From Dehalococcoidia bacterium (lineage in GTDB: Bacteria > Chloroflexota > Dehalococcoidia > Lucifugimonadales > UBA3495): a stretch of DNA of 64,000 nt. Under the pieces are notes generated by a model. It made no database searches and had not been told where the DNA came from. It saw nothing but the letters and a program-made list of their open reading frames with translations. Positions 31,636 through 42,003 of the stretch are shown piece after piece; position 1 is the first letter of the stretch; every line of letters starts with the position of its first letter. Position numbers and translations under genes: made by a program. The stretch is taken from assembly GCA_965204395.1 (NCBI GenBank), contig OZ241987.1:767951-831950 (forward strand), written 5' to 3'.

Positions 31636-32208
31636 ATGTCTGCTGACAACATCATCCTGGTCGGTTTCATGGCCACTGGCAAAAGCCATGTCGGTCGCCT
31701 CATCGCCCGTCTGACCGGCCGCCGCGCCGCCGACATCGACGAGGAGATCGTCCGTCGTGCCCGCAAGCCAATCCACCGGATATTCAGCGAAGACGGTGAA
31801 GCGGTGTTCCGCGCCATGGAACGCCACGCCACGTTCAGCTTGTGCGATGGCGGCAACAAGGTGATCTCAGCCGGCGGCGGCGCTTTCGCCCAGGAACTCA
31901 CCCGCCAGGTCTTGCTCGACAGCGGCACCGTGTTCTGCCTGACCGCCCGTCCGGAGACCATCCATAACCGCATCACCCGCGGCAGTCCCAACGCCGCCGT
32001 GCGTCCCATGCTGGCCGGAGGCGACCCCCTCGAACGCATCCGCGAACTCCTTGAGGAACGCGCCGAGTCCTACGCCCACGCTCACTACGCCGTCGCCACC
32101 GACGACCGCACGCCCGAACAGGTCGCCGACGCTATCCTGGAAATCTACGAACAACACGTCCACAACCGCCAACCCGCACCCGAGGCAACTTCCGGAGGAC
32201 CGCAATGA
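31636..32208 (+). CDS. aroK: shikimate kinase
   Basis: ATG at 31636. Walker A LVGFMATGKSHVGR, ADIDEEI, ISAGGGAF. 190 aa. Its stop overlaps the aroB start (ATGA). Confidence 0.88.
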   Translation: MSADNIILVGFMATGKSHVGRLIARLTGRRAADIDEEIVRRARKPIHRIFSEDGEAVFRAMERHATFSLCDGGNKVISAGGGAFAQELTRQVLLDSGTVFCLTARPETIHNRITRGSPNAAVRPMLAGGDPLERIRELLEERAESYAHAHYAVATDDRTPEQVADAILEIYEQHVHNRQPAPEATSGGPQ

Positions 32209-33305
32209 CCAACCCCGACCAAGCCGCAACCGTCCACCACTCCGGCGGCAGCTACCCCGTCATCGCCGGTTGGGGCCTAATTGATCGCCTCGGCGAGCAC
32301 ATCAAGGAACTCGGCCTCGGCAACACCGCCTACATCATCACCGACGAAAACGTGATGCGACCCTACGGTCGTAACGCTCAATGGGCCCTACAGCGCGCCG
32401 GCATCGCCGCCCATTGCTTCGTCATCCCCGCCGGCGAGACCAGCAAATCATTCCAGCAGGCCCAGGAGATCTACGAGTGGCTCGTGGGCCTCAAGGCCGA
32501 GCGCGGACAGCCCATCATCGCCATCGGCGGCGGCGTCTCCGGTGACCTCGGCGGGTTCATCGCGGCCACGTTCCTGCGCGGCGTCCCCTTCGTCCAGGTG
32601 CCCACCAGCATGGCCGCCATGGTCGACGCTTCCATCGGCGGCAAGGTCGCCGTGAATCTGCCCCAGGCCAAGAACATGGTCGGCGCGTTCTACCAGCCCC
32701 GCGCCGTCCTCGCTGACGTCCAGGCCCTCGCCACTCTTGGCAAGCGCGAACTCGCCGAGGGCTGGGCCGAAGCCATCAAGCACGGCCTTATCCTCGACCC
32801 GTCCCTCGTCGACGTATTTGAAGAACACGCCGAAGCCCTCATGGAAGTGGAACCCGAAATCTCCACCGAGGTCATCCGCCGCAGCATGGCCATCAAGGCC
32901 GACATCGTCAGCCAGGACGAGCGCGAAACCCTCGACATCCGCATCCTGCTCAACTACGGCCACACCATCGGCCACGCCCTAGAGGCCTCCACCGAGTACG
33001 GACGCTTCATGCACGGTGAAGGCGTCTCAGTCGGCATGATGGGCGCCGGGCGTATCGCCCGCGAGATGGGCATGATCGGCGACGAAATCCTCGACCGCCA
33101 GCGCGACCTGCTCCAGCAGTTCAGCCTGCCCATCACCGCGCGGGGCGTCGACATCAACGCCATCCGCGGCGCGATGTCCCTGGACAAGAAGACCGTCGGC
33201 GGCACTAATCGTTGGATCCTACTCGAGGATGTCGGCAAGGCCATCGTCCGCCGCGACATCCCAACCGAAATCGTCGACGACACCCTCGCCTGGCTCACCG
33301 ACTGA
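32205..33305 (+). CDS. aroB: 3-dehydroquinate synthase
   Basis: IGGGVSGDLGGFIAATFLRGVPFVQVPTS, DASIGGKVAVN, LNYGHTIGHALE, HGEGVSVGM. Confidence 0.92.
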   Translation: MTNPDQAATVHHSGGSYPVIAGWGLIDRLGEHIKELGLGNTAYIITDENVMRPYGRNAQWALQRAGIAAHCFVIPAGETSKSFQQAQEIYEWLVGLKAERGQPIIAIGGGVSGDLGGFIAATFLRGVPFVQVPTSMAAMVDASIGGKVAVNLPQAKNMVGAFYQPRAVLADVQALATLGKRELAEGWAEAIKHGLILDPSLVDVFEEHAEALMEVEPEISTEVIRRSMAIKADIVSQDERETLDIRILLNYGHTIGHALEASTEYGRFMHGEGVSVGMMGAGRIAREMGMIGDEILDRQRDLLQQFSLPITARGVDINAIRGAMSLDKKTVGGTNRWILLEDVGKAIVRRDIPTEIVDDTLAWLTD

Positions 33306-33436
33306 CCTGCACCGTTCGATCATCGTTGACTCACTGACCCTTCCGCTCGTCCTTCGACAGGCTCAGGATGAGCGGAAGGTGCCTGAGAAAAACCAATCGC
33401 TCCGGACAACACCCTCGCCCGGTTCACCGACTGACC
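33276..33436 (+). repeat. hairpin mini-element (family 1, copy B) flanked by a 28-32-bp direct duplication of the aroB 3' end
   Basis: acaccctcgcctggctcaccgactgacc (33280-33307) matches acaccctcgcccggttcaccgactgacc (33409-33436) at 26/28. The internal 15-bp-stem hairpin is at 33339-33379, with the same tcgacaggctc loop as copy A. Confidence 0.75.
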
Positions 33437-33438
33437 CG

Positions 33439-34533
33439 TTAATCTCCCTCTGCGGCCACTCGCCCGGCGCTGCGAATCTCCCGCAGCCGGGCCAGTCGCC
33501 GCCCGCGCCGGATCTGGGCGACCGCTGCGACCAACAGTAGCGCCACAATCGTTAGCGCCACCAGACCCGACACTCCTAGCAGGAGCAATTGTCCGATCAG
33601 CGTCAGGGTGTCCGACTCAATCAACCGCGCCAACTGGCCGATCCCCACGGCTACACCCGCATTCAGCACCGTCAGGCCAAACAACCCCAATATCCGCGCC
33701 GAGTTCACGAACCTCGTCGCCAGCGCGCCGATCTGCGTGCCCACCGACGCCGCCGCAAACATGATCACCGCTATCATCGGATCAACGTTGCCGCTCAGCG
33801 AATACAGGAACGACCCCAGCGTCCCGGTGATGATTATCTGAAACAGGTCGGTGCCAATCGCCACCGCCGGCGATATTCCCAGCCCGTACACCAGGAACGG
33901 CATCAACAGAAACCCGCCACCTGCTCCCAGCAGCGCCGCGATGAACCCGATCACCAACCCGGTCATGATGGGCACCACCGCAGACATTTCGGGGATCCCC
34001 GCGTTCGGGAAAGCCGGCCGCAAATTGACGCTACCCACTCCCGGAACCGCCATTTGGCTCGGCCCTAACCGCACACTTTGAAAGAACCGTGGAAACGCTC
34101 CCAAATCCCGACGCACCGGACGGTAGCGCAGCCTCCGCAGCCAGTTCCCAACCATCAGCGATCCCAACGTCAGCAGCAGCACGAAATACACCGCGCCAAC
34201 CACCGGCCCCGAAATCCCCGCTGCCTCCAGCGCGCTGTTCACCCTCTCTCCCAGGAAAACGCCCGGAATCGTCCCACACACGATCAGCAGCGCCAGCCGC
34301 AGGTCGACGTTCCCCAGTCTCCGGTGCCGCAAAGTGCTCGTGATCGCCGTCCCCATCACCATCAGCAGCCCGGTTCCCACCGCGTAGATGGTGGGCACGC
34401 CCAACACCAGCAGCCCGCCTGTGATCAGGAACCCGCCGCCCACGCCGAAAAACCCGGTCATCGTGCCAACCACGATCCCCAGAAGCGCCAATAGCAACGG
34501 AGAAACCGTGACTTCAGCTATGGGAAAATACAC
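33439..34533 (-). CDS. TauE/SafE family sulfite/anion exporter-like membrane protein
   Basis: Duplicated GFFGVGGGFLITGGLL / ALLGAGGGFLLMPFL motifs and a polytopic membrane profile. Confidence 0.75.
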   Translation of the reverse strand: MYFPIAEVTVSPLLLALLGIVVGTMTGFFGVGGGFLITGGLLVLGVPTIYAVGTGLLMVMGTAITSTLRHRRLGNVDLRLALLIVCGTIPGVFLGERVNSALEAAGISGPVVGAVYFVLLLTLGSLMVGNWLRRLRYRPVRRDLGAFPRFFQSVRLGPSQMAVPGVGSVNLRPAFPNAGIPEMSAVVPIMTGLVIGFIAALLGAGGGFLLMPFLVYGLGISPAVAIGTDLFQIIITGTLGSFLYSLSGNVDPMIAVIMFAAASVGTQIGALATRFVNSARILGLFGLTVLNAGVAVGIGQLARLIESDTLTLIGQLLLLGVSGLVALTIVALLLVAAVAQIRRGRRLARLREIRSAGRVAAEGD

Positions 34534-34534
34534 G

Positions 34535-34720
34535 TCAGTGCCGCCGCGTCGGTTGACCGAGGTTCAGAGTCCGCGCCACTAGCGATATGCCCCGGCCCAC
34601 CAGGTCCCAGAAAACGTACAGCGTCACCGCGGTGACTGCCATCGCCGCAATCACCACGACCGCCCACAGGACGGAATAGCCCCTCAATACATTGAGGATT
34701 TCCAATAAATCTGCGGGCAT
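34535..34720 (-). CDS. hypothetical single-TM small protein
   Basis: Internal ATG at 34720 (MPADLLEIL...). Its stop abuts the TauE start. One hydrophobic helix. Confidence 0.35.
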   Translation of the reverse strand: MPADLLEILNVLRGYSVLWAVVVIAAMAVTAVTLYVFWDLVGRGISLVARTLNLGQPTRRH

Positions 34721-34723
34721 TAA

Positions 34724-35998
<1,275 letters not shown>

Positions 35999-36041
35999 CA
36001 GGGAGCCCGTGCTATGCCCGGTTGGGGCCAGCACCAGAGGC

Positions 36042-36281
36042 TCAATCGCGGCCATGCCCCTGCAACGCCGCCACGATATCCGGCATCACTCCATCAACCT
36101 GACTCTCGATGCCGGCCGTATCCAACGCAGCCACCGGGTGCTGCAAATACACTGACCCCGTGTAGTCGGGCCGCCCCAGCGACACGATGTGCTGCTCAGC
36201 CGCCGAATGGAACGCCTTGGTGTGCACCAACATAACCGTCTCCCCGTATGACCTACTGTCAACAAACGTCGTCATCTTCAT
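36042..36281 (-). CDS. hypothetical small protein (last gene of the protease/DUF4268 operon)
   Basis: 79 aa from MKMTTFV. Overlaps the upstream protease stop by 23 nt. No motif recognised. Coding status is uncertain. Confidence 0.3.
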   Translation of the reverse strand: MKMTTFVDSRSYGETVMLVHTKAFHSAAEQHIVSLGRPDYTGSVYLQHPVAALDTAGIESQVDGVMPDIVAALQGHGRD

Positions 36282-36636
36282 TCCACATGAGCAGCGCATC
36301 CTCGACGATCAACCGCTTGTTGATCGGGTCAACGATGAAGGACAGGTCTTCCAGCGTCGTCGCTCCCAACAAATAGAGGCCTTCCGGTCCAAATACAACC
36401 CGGGCCTCGCCGTCCATGCTGTCGACTTCAAAAAAAGCCATGCCGGTTTGACGCTCTTCGACCTCACCGTTGGCAAGGCGGAGCCTCCTCGTCCGGGTCG
36501 CCTCAATACCCAACCTCCTCAACAGACTGGCCGGCATTACCGAAAAAGCGGCGCCCGTATCCACGAGCGCATCGACAGTCTCCCGTGCCGCCGAGTATGG
36601 GTTCCCCACCATAACCGGTACTGTGAAAGTGCCCAT
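36259..36636 (-). CDS. retropepsin-like (clan AA) aspartic protease
   Basis: 125 aa. Active-site ALVDTGAAFSVMP and a later LLGATTLEDL flap/dimer-like segment. Confidence 0.7.
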   Translation of the reverse strand: MGTFTVPVMVGNPYSAARETVDALVDTGAAFSVMPASLLRRLGIEATRTRRLRLANGEVEERQTGMAFFEVDSMDGEARVVFGPEGLYLLGATTLEDLSFIVDPINKRLIVEDALLMWNEDDDVC

Positions 36637-36687
36637 GCCGATTGCCTATGCGTGACGATTGATCGCCGGTAAGCAGTGTATCAATCT

Positions 36688-37644
36688 CTAGCCAACCAAC
36701 TCTTGCAGGTGCGGCGTGAACACGCGCTTAACCGCCAGCAGCCGTTCTACCATCCATTTTTGCAATTCTTCCAACGACTCCGGAGTTCCGTTTATGCTGC
36801 CATCGCGCACCGCTGAAATACGACAGGCTCTTGCGTGTTCCAGCCGCTCCCATTCCAGTGAGTCGGCTAATGCGGTTTCAATCTCTCCTGAAACGTTTTG
36901 TAAAGAATCGAACAGTTGCTTGTTCGTATCACGGTCGCCACGGTCGATGTACACTTCGACCCTGGCTATACCCCGTGGAGGGCTGAACGATGGATTGAAA
37001 CTGACGCCTCTTGTTCCAGAGCTAAAGCTATACCAACTTTGTGGCTGACCTTTTCGAGCATTAGTGAACCGGTGCTCTTCCCGCAATGTGTCAATCAATG
37101 ACTGGAAAAATGAGCGGTAACGCTCACCCCTTTCTGAAACCTTACCGCTGCCAGATTGATCCGTTCTGGCGGACTGCTTCCGCCAATCATTGGGAAAAGC
37201 CACCAACCGGAAATGCGGAGCAGGCCGAGAGCCATCGATTTTCCATGCCTCGACCACCACGCCGAAAAACGCTGTATCCTCCCTAGTCCGCTGGTTCAAC
37301 CAATCCAATGCCGCCCGGTGCTCGTCCTGAAAATCCCCGGTGAGCCAGACGATTACGCCGGCGTCGTAGCCAGCGGCGTAGGTAAGCAACTGGCCCAGAT
37401 GCCCGTGGTTGGTGGCTTCCAACTGGTTTTCAATGATTACCGGCCGATCACTGCTTCGGTCGTGGGCCAGCACGTCCAGGAAAAACGGGCCTACCGGAGC
37501 CTCGCTTTCATTCAATTCCAAATCCAGCCCCAGCGCCTCGCCCAGTTTGTCCAGGTTCTCCGCCAGCCACGGTGTGAAATCCTGTGCCTCATGTGGCCAG
37601 ACTTCCCGTAACTCAATGCGTTCTATTGATCCCAAATCCACCAT
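36688..37644 (-). CDS. DUF4268-type protein with N-terminal PD-(D/E)xK-like nuclease module
   Basis: ATG at 37644. FLDVLAHD...VIIENQLEATNHGHLGQLLTYAAG matches my memory of the DUF4268 family N-terminal module. The C-terminal half is typical of the family (WYSFSSG...VEVYID). Confidence 0.6.
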   Translation of the reverse strand: MVDLGSIERIELREVWPHEAQDFTPWLAENLDKLGEALGLDLELNESEAPVGPFFLDVLAHDRSSDRPVIIENQLEATNHGHLGQLLTYAAGYDAGVIVWLTGDFQDEHRAALDWLNQRTREDTAFFGVVVEAWKIDGSRPAPHFRLVAFPNDWRKQSARTDQSGSGKVSERGERYRSFFQSLIDTLREEHRFTNARKGQPQSWYSFSSGTRGVSFNPSFSPPRGIARVEVYIDRGDRDTNKQLFDSLQNVSGEIETALADSLEWERLEHARACRISAVRDGSINGTPESLEELQKWMVERLLAVKRVFTPHLQELVG

Positions 37645-37672
37645 CGTAATGCTCCTTCCCACGCCGCTGGCA

Positions 37673-38035
37673 TTACCCCCCTGGCGGCATCCGTTCCTCA
37701 ATCACAACGTCCCCGCCGTCCCACCAGTCGATGCTGAGTCGGCTCTCCGCCAGCAAAGTAGTCCCAATCAGTGACGTGTCGCCCATCATGTATGCCCGTG
37801 TGTCCTCGGGTTGCCCATGCCAGAGCAAGCGAGCAATACAGGTGTCTGTTTGGATAGTCTGTCCGCTGGCCAGTGTAATGGGACGTGTCCCCGTGGTATG
37901 TAAGCCCATTTCGCGCGCGACGTGGTCAGGCAGCGTGATGGCCCCCTCGAATCCTGTATCTACGACGGCTTCCAATATCTGCATGGTCTGATTTACCGCG
38001 ACAATCCCAACGCTAACACGGGCTTCCAATCCCAC
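37673..38035 (-). CDS. retropepsin-like aspartic protease (AF_0612/TIGR03698-like)
   Basis: 120 aa. AVVDTGFEGAITLP active-site block, LASGQ..., LIGTTLL. Confidence 0.7.
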   Translation of the reverse strand: MGLEARVSVGIVAVNQTMQILEAVVDTGFEGAITLPDHVAREMGLHTTGTRPITLASGQTIQTDTCIARLLWHGQPEDTRAYMMGDTSLIGTTLLAESRLSIDWWDGGDVVIEERMPPGG

Positions 38036-38065
38036 GCCGTTATCCCGTGTCGGCCTTACTTGCCC

Positions 38066-38371
38066 CTAATCATGGCCATCCTTTTTCTTTGAGGCTATAT
38101 ACTCCATAGTCCCCCGCCAACCCAACCTGGCTGAAGTGTATCGTTCCTTGCCTACGAGCTCCGCCCACGTGAAAGCATCCGGCCGCCTTTGAAGCAGGCG
38201 CTTGCTTATTTCCACGTCGCTTTGCAGCCCGGTGTATTCGCCAACTTCGTAATCTCCGCTGTGAATGTCGATCACCACCAACTCGCCCCAGTGGTTGGCT
38301 TCCATTTCTTCGCGGATGCTTTCGTAGATTTTCTGGCCTATCCCCGCCACTTCGTCGCCTGTAAGTTCCAT
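38066..38371 (-). CDS. hypothetical small protein (first gene of the operon)
   Basis: ATG at 38371 (MELTGDEV...) avoids overlapping the enolase-family gene. WGELVVIDIHSGDYEVG resembles small partner proteins found beside AF_0612-type proteases. Confidence 0.4.
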   Translation of the reverse strand: MELTGDEVAGIGQKIYESIREEMEANHWGELVVIDIHSGDYEVGEYTGLQSDVEISKRLLQRRPDAFTWAELVGKERYTSARLGWRGTMEYIASKKKDGHD

Positions 38372-38408
38372 GATTGTCCGTCCTAACGTCAGTGGCCTTC
38401 TTGGTTCG

Positions 38409-39512
38409 TCAATATACCTTGTACTCCTCCAGCACCGCCGCATCCAAATGCAGCCCCATGCCGGGCTCGTCGGGCGCGATGATTTCCCCGTTGTCCCACT
38501 CCGGCAGCACGCTGTTCAATTGGTAGTACACCGGGTCCCGCTCCTCCTCGAACACCTCGACAAACAGCCCGTGGGAGTGCGCCGGCAGCAACTGCACGGC
38601 CAACTGCGGCTCCTCGTGGTGCGCCATCCGGATGCCCCGCATCTGCGCCGCTCCGGCCACCCGACGCCACTCCGATATCCCGCCGCAAATCGCCGCGTCT
38701 ATGTTCAGGATGTCCACCGCCTCGGTATCCATCAAACGCTGCCCACCCCATGAACTGCTCTCGCCCTGGCCGGCCGCCACCGGGATTCCGGTACGCAGAC
38801 GCACCTGCCGCATGTCGTTATCGGCGTCCTGCCAGCGGCAAGGCTCTTCCAGCCACGCCAGTCCCATCTCCCTGGCCGGCCCCGCGAACTCCAGCGCTTC
38901 CTCCAGCGTCCACGCCTGGTTGGCGTCGCACACGATGATGAAATCGTCACCCAGCGTGTCTCGTATCGCCCGCACCCGCAGCAGGTCGTCGGCCACTGCG
39001 ACACCGCCTACCTTCAGCTTCACGCCCCCGATGCCGCGCTCTCGTTGATGAACCAGGTCCTCCACCATGAACGCCGTGTCCCGACCCTGCACGTAGTACG
39101 CGAACCTCACCACCGGCGACCGTTCGGCGTACCCGCCCAGCATCGTACGCACCGGCACCCCCAGCGCCTTGCCCGCGATATCCCACAGCGCGATGTCGAT
39201 GGCGGCAATCGCCCGCATCGCGATGGCCTTATCCCCGATGTGCGGCGTCAGCGCGAACATCTTCTGCCAGCACCGCTCGATGGCCATCGGATCCTCGCCC
39301 TCCACAGCCTCCGCCATCGGCCCCACCACCAGGTCTTTCAGCAACTCGTACCCACTGCGTTCGTCGCCCGAGTACACTTCGCTGACCAGCCCGTCGTCCG
39401 TGTGCACCCGCACGACTATGGTGCATCGAGACTCGATCTGGTAAACGCTGCCGCTGAATCGGGTGCTCAGAGGGATCCGGACAATGTCCGCCTCCACGTT
39501 GGTGATGCGCAT
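38409..39512 (-). CDS. mandelate racemase/muconate lactonizing enzyme family (enolase superfamily) protein
   Basis: KLKVGG, IIVCDANQAW, LAWLEEP, and a GESSS region. 367 aa. Confidence 0.85.
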   Translation of the reverse strand: MRITNVEADIVRIPLSTRFSGSVYQIESRCTIVVRVHTDDGLVSEVYSGDERSGYELLKDLVVGPMAEAVEGEDPMAIERCWQKMFALTPHIGDKAIAMRAIAAIDIALWDIAGKALGVPVRTMLGGYAERSPVVRFAYYVQGRDTAFMVEDLVHQRERGIGGVKLKVGGVAVADDLLRVRAIRDTLGDDFIIVCDANQAWTLEEALEFAGPAREMGLAWLEEPCRWQDADNDMRQVRLRTGIPVAAGQGESSSWGGQRLMDTEAVDILNIDAAICGGISEWRRVAGAAQMRGIRMAHHEEPQLAVQLLPAHSHGLFVEVFEEERDPVYYQLNSVLPEWDNGEIIAPDEPGMGLHLDAAVLEEYKVY

Positions 39513-39659
39513 TTGCTATCGCCTCTCTTCTGGAAATCGGATGAATTATACCCGTTCACTCTGTCTGCGTAGTCGTCCCCCTTCACAAAACCCCATACAT
39601 CCTTTGGTACAATTCAGTTAGAGACCAACCGCACATTCGTGGCAGATCACGAGGACACT

Positions 39660-40619
39660 ATGAACACTCTCAAAACCTTCTTCCTGCTGATGGTCTTGAC
39701 GGGCATGCTCTTGCTCATCGGCGCTGCCATTGGCGGCCAGGCCGGACTCATCATCGCCCTGGTGTTCGCGCTGGCGATGAATTTCGGCGCCTACTGGTTC
39801 AGCGACAAGATCGCCCTGAGCATGGCTCATGCCAAGGAAATCACCCGCGAGGACGACCCTCAGTTCTACGATCTGGTCGAGGAGCAGGCCCGCCTCGCCA
39901 ACATGCCCATGCCAAGGGTGTACGAAATCGACTCCGACTCGCCCAACGCCTTCGCCACCGGCCGTAACCCCCAGAACGCCGCCGTCGCCGCCACCACCGG
40001 CATCCGCCGCATCCTGACCCGCGACGAACTCGCCGGCGTCATGGCCCACGAGATGGCCCACGTCGGCAACCGAGACACCCTCATCATGGCCACCGTCGCC
40101 ACCATCGCCGGCGCAATCTCCATGCTTGCGTTCATGGCCCAGTTCGCCGCCATATTCGGCAGCTTCGGCGGCCACAGCGACGATGACGAGGGCGGTGGCG
40201 GCAACATCATCACCCTCCTTATCATCGCCATCATCATGCCCATCGCCGCCACCATCATCCGCCTCGCCATCTCCCGAGCCCGCGAATACCAGGCCGATCA
40301 GACCGGCGCCCACAACTGCGGTAACCCCGAGGCCCTCGCCCGCGCCTTGGAAAAGTTGGAACTCGGCTCCGAGATCCGCCCCATGAAAGTCAACGAGGCC
40401 GCCTCTCACCTCTTCATCGTCAACCCCCTGAGCGGTAAGTCCATGGCCCGCCTGTTCTCAACCCATCCTCCCATCGAGGAGCGTTGCCGTCGCCTCCGCG
40501 CCATGAACGTCCGCCCCCGGTTCGACGACGTCGACACCTCTTCTGGCATTGAGATGCCACCCACCAACGACCAACCCAACTACGAAATCCCCGACAGCAG
40601 CGACCGCCCCAACTTCTGA
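39660..40619 (+). CDS. htpX: zinc metalloprotease HtpX (M48 family)
   Basis: ATG at 39660 after GAGGA. N-terminal TM helices, HEXXH motif VMAHEMAHVGNRD, and C-terminal STHPPIEERCRRL. Confidence 0.88.
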   Translation: MNTLKTFFLLMVLTGMLLLIGAAIGGQAGLIIALVFALAMNFGAYWFSDKIALSMAHAKEITREDDPQFYDLVEEQARLANMPMPRVYEIDSDSPNAFATGRNPQNAAVAATTGIRRILTRDELAGVMAHEMAHVGNRDTLIMATVATIAGAISMLAFMAQFAAIFGSFGGHSDDDEGGGGNIITLLIIAIIMPIAATIIRLAISRAREYQADQTGAHNCGNPEALARALEKLELGSEIRPMKVNEAASHLFIVNPLSGKSMARLFSTHPPIEERCRRLRAMNVRPRFDDVDTSSGIEMPPTNDQPNYEIPDSSDRPNF

Positions 40620-40638
40620 GGCCTACACGAAAAAAGCA

Positions 40639-40676
40639 CCCTCTCCCCTGAAGGGAGAGGGCTGGGGTGAGGGGGA
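40639..40676 (+). terminator. family 2 hairpin element (copy 1) between convergent genes; candidate bidirectional terminator
   Basis: ccctctccc ctgaa gggagaggg followed by ctggggtgaggggga, starting 20 nt after the htpX stop. There is no T-tract, so terminator function is inferred from position only. Confidence 0.45.
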
Positions 40677-40693
40677 GAACCAACCATTCTCTC

Positions 40694-41650
40694 TCAGAAA
40701 ATCGCGATTGGATTCACCGGGCTCCCCGTAACGTTCCGCAGGCGCAACGCCCCTATCGACAGCATGAACTCGTAGCGGTTGTGCCGCGCCGTGACCTCCG
40801 CCACCTCTTCCAGGTTTGCGTTGTCGATCAGCCACACGCCCAGGTACACCAGGCACGAAATGTGCAGCGGCGACACGATATTCGGGTAATCGTTGGGCCG
40901 GATGTCGTTCGAGGTGTCCGTTCCCAGCATCGCGATCCCGCGCTCCTTGAACCAAGGCGCGCACGCCACGCTCGGCTCCGTCGGAGGCAGCGGACCTTCC
41001 ACCAGCCGCCGGCGGTAATTCCCCGTCCGCACCAGCAGTATGTCTCCGGACTCCACGGTCACCCCGTGGTCCCGCTCCGCCGCATCCAGGTCTTCCGGCA
41101 TCACCGGCGCGTCCGGCGGCAGCCAGTCAACTCCCCGGATCTTGGGTATATCCAGCAGCACTCCCCGGCTCACTAGCCCCTGCGCCGTCAGGTCGATGGC
41201 GTGGCTCTGCGCGCCCTCACGTGACGTCACCACCGCCGCCGGCACGCCGTTGTACATCAACCCGTCGTACGAGTAGTGCGACAGCGCGTCGATGTGCGTG
41301 ATGGTCTGCCCGTGAAACACCATCCCGATGAACTCTGCCGCGCCTCGCCGTGAGTTTCGCCGCTCCAGCGGGTCCGTATCCCGACCCTCGCCGCTGTCCA
41401 CCATGAAACGCTGCACCTGGTGGCTGATGTCCGGCGCCATGTCCGTAGTGATGGGCCGCGCGCAGCTCACCGTCTCCCCGGTCTGCACCAGCGCCGCCGC
41501 CTGCGTCCTCTTGTCCTGCGTGATCAGGTTCAGCGCGCCCAACTGGTCCTGCTGACCCCAGCGCCCCCAGTTGTTCTCGTTCCGGTACCACTCCAACACT
41601 TGCGCCTCTGTGGGCACTCCTGCAAACGCCATAGTTCCCTCCATCGCCAT
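40694..41650 (-). CDS. cyclase family protein (kynurenine formamidase-like, PF04199)
   Basis: HGQTITHIDALSH matches the HxGTHxDxPxH-type metal motif. 318 aa. Confidence 0.7.
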   Translation of the reverse strand: MAMEGTMAFAGVPTEAQVLEWYRNENNWGRWGQQDQLGALNLITQDKRTQAAALVQTGETVSCARPITTDMAPDISHQVQRFMVDSGEGRDTDPLERRNSRRGAAEFIGMVFHGQTITHIDALSHYSYDGLMYNGVPAAVVTSREGAQSHAIDLTAQGLVSRGVLLDIPKIRGVDWLPPDAPVMPEDLDAAERDHGVTVESGDILLVRTGNYRRRLVEGPLPPTEPSVACAPWFKERGIAMLGTDTSNDIRPNDYPNIVSPLHISCLVYLGVWLIDNANLEEVAEVTARHNRYEFMLSIGALRLRNVTGSPVNPIAIF

Positions 41651-42003
41651 CTGCCGGTCCAGGCCGGCTGAGTTCCCGGAATTCTACACCAACGTCCATT
41701 GAATCACTGAAGCGCGAGAGCCTTACGTTGCGCGTTGGTACCACGGCTCTCCCCGTCGAGTCCCCTTGCACCCGGCGCAAACCAACCTGCTACACTGCAC
41801 GTATCTATAAATGCCAGCCCAATGCGCCCACCATGTGCCTATAGCACGGGCATCGCTGGTAGTAAGGCCTGCTTCCGATGTGAAGCGCCGCTGATGAAAC
41901 ACCCGAGTGCCTTGGTAAATGCTGGGGTAAACGGGCTGTGCGTGCCAGCCATGACACGCGGGTTTCGACGCGGTAACCAAACCCGGCATAAGGGAGACAA
42001 CTC

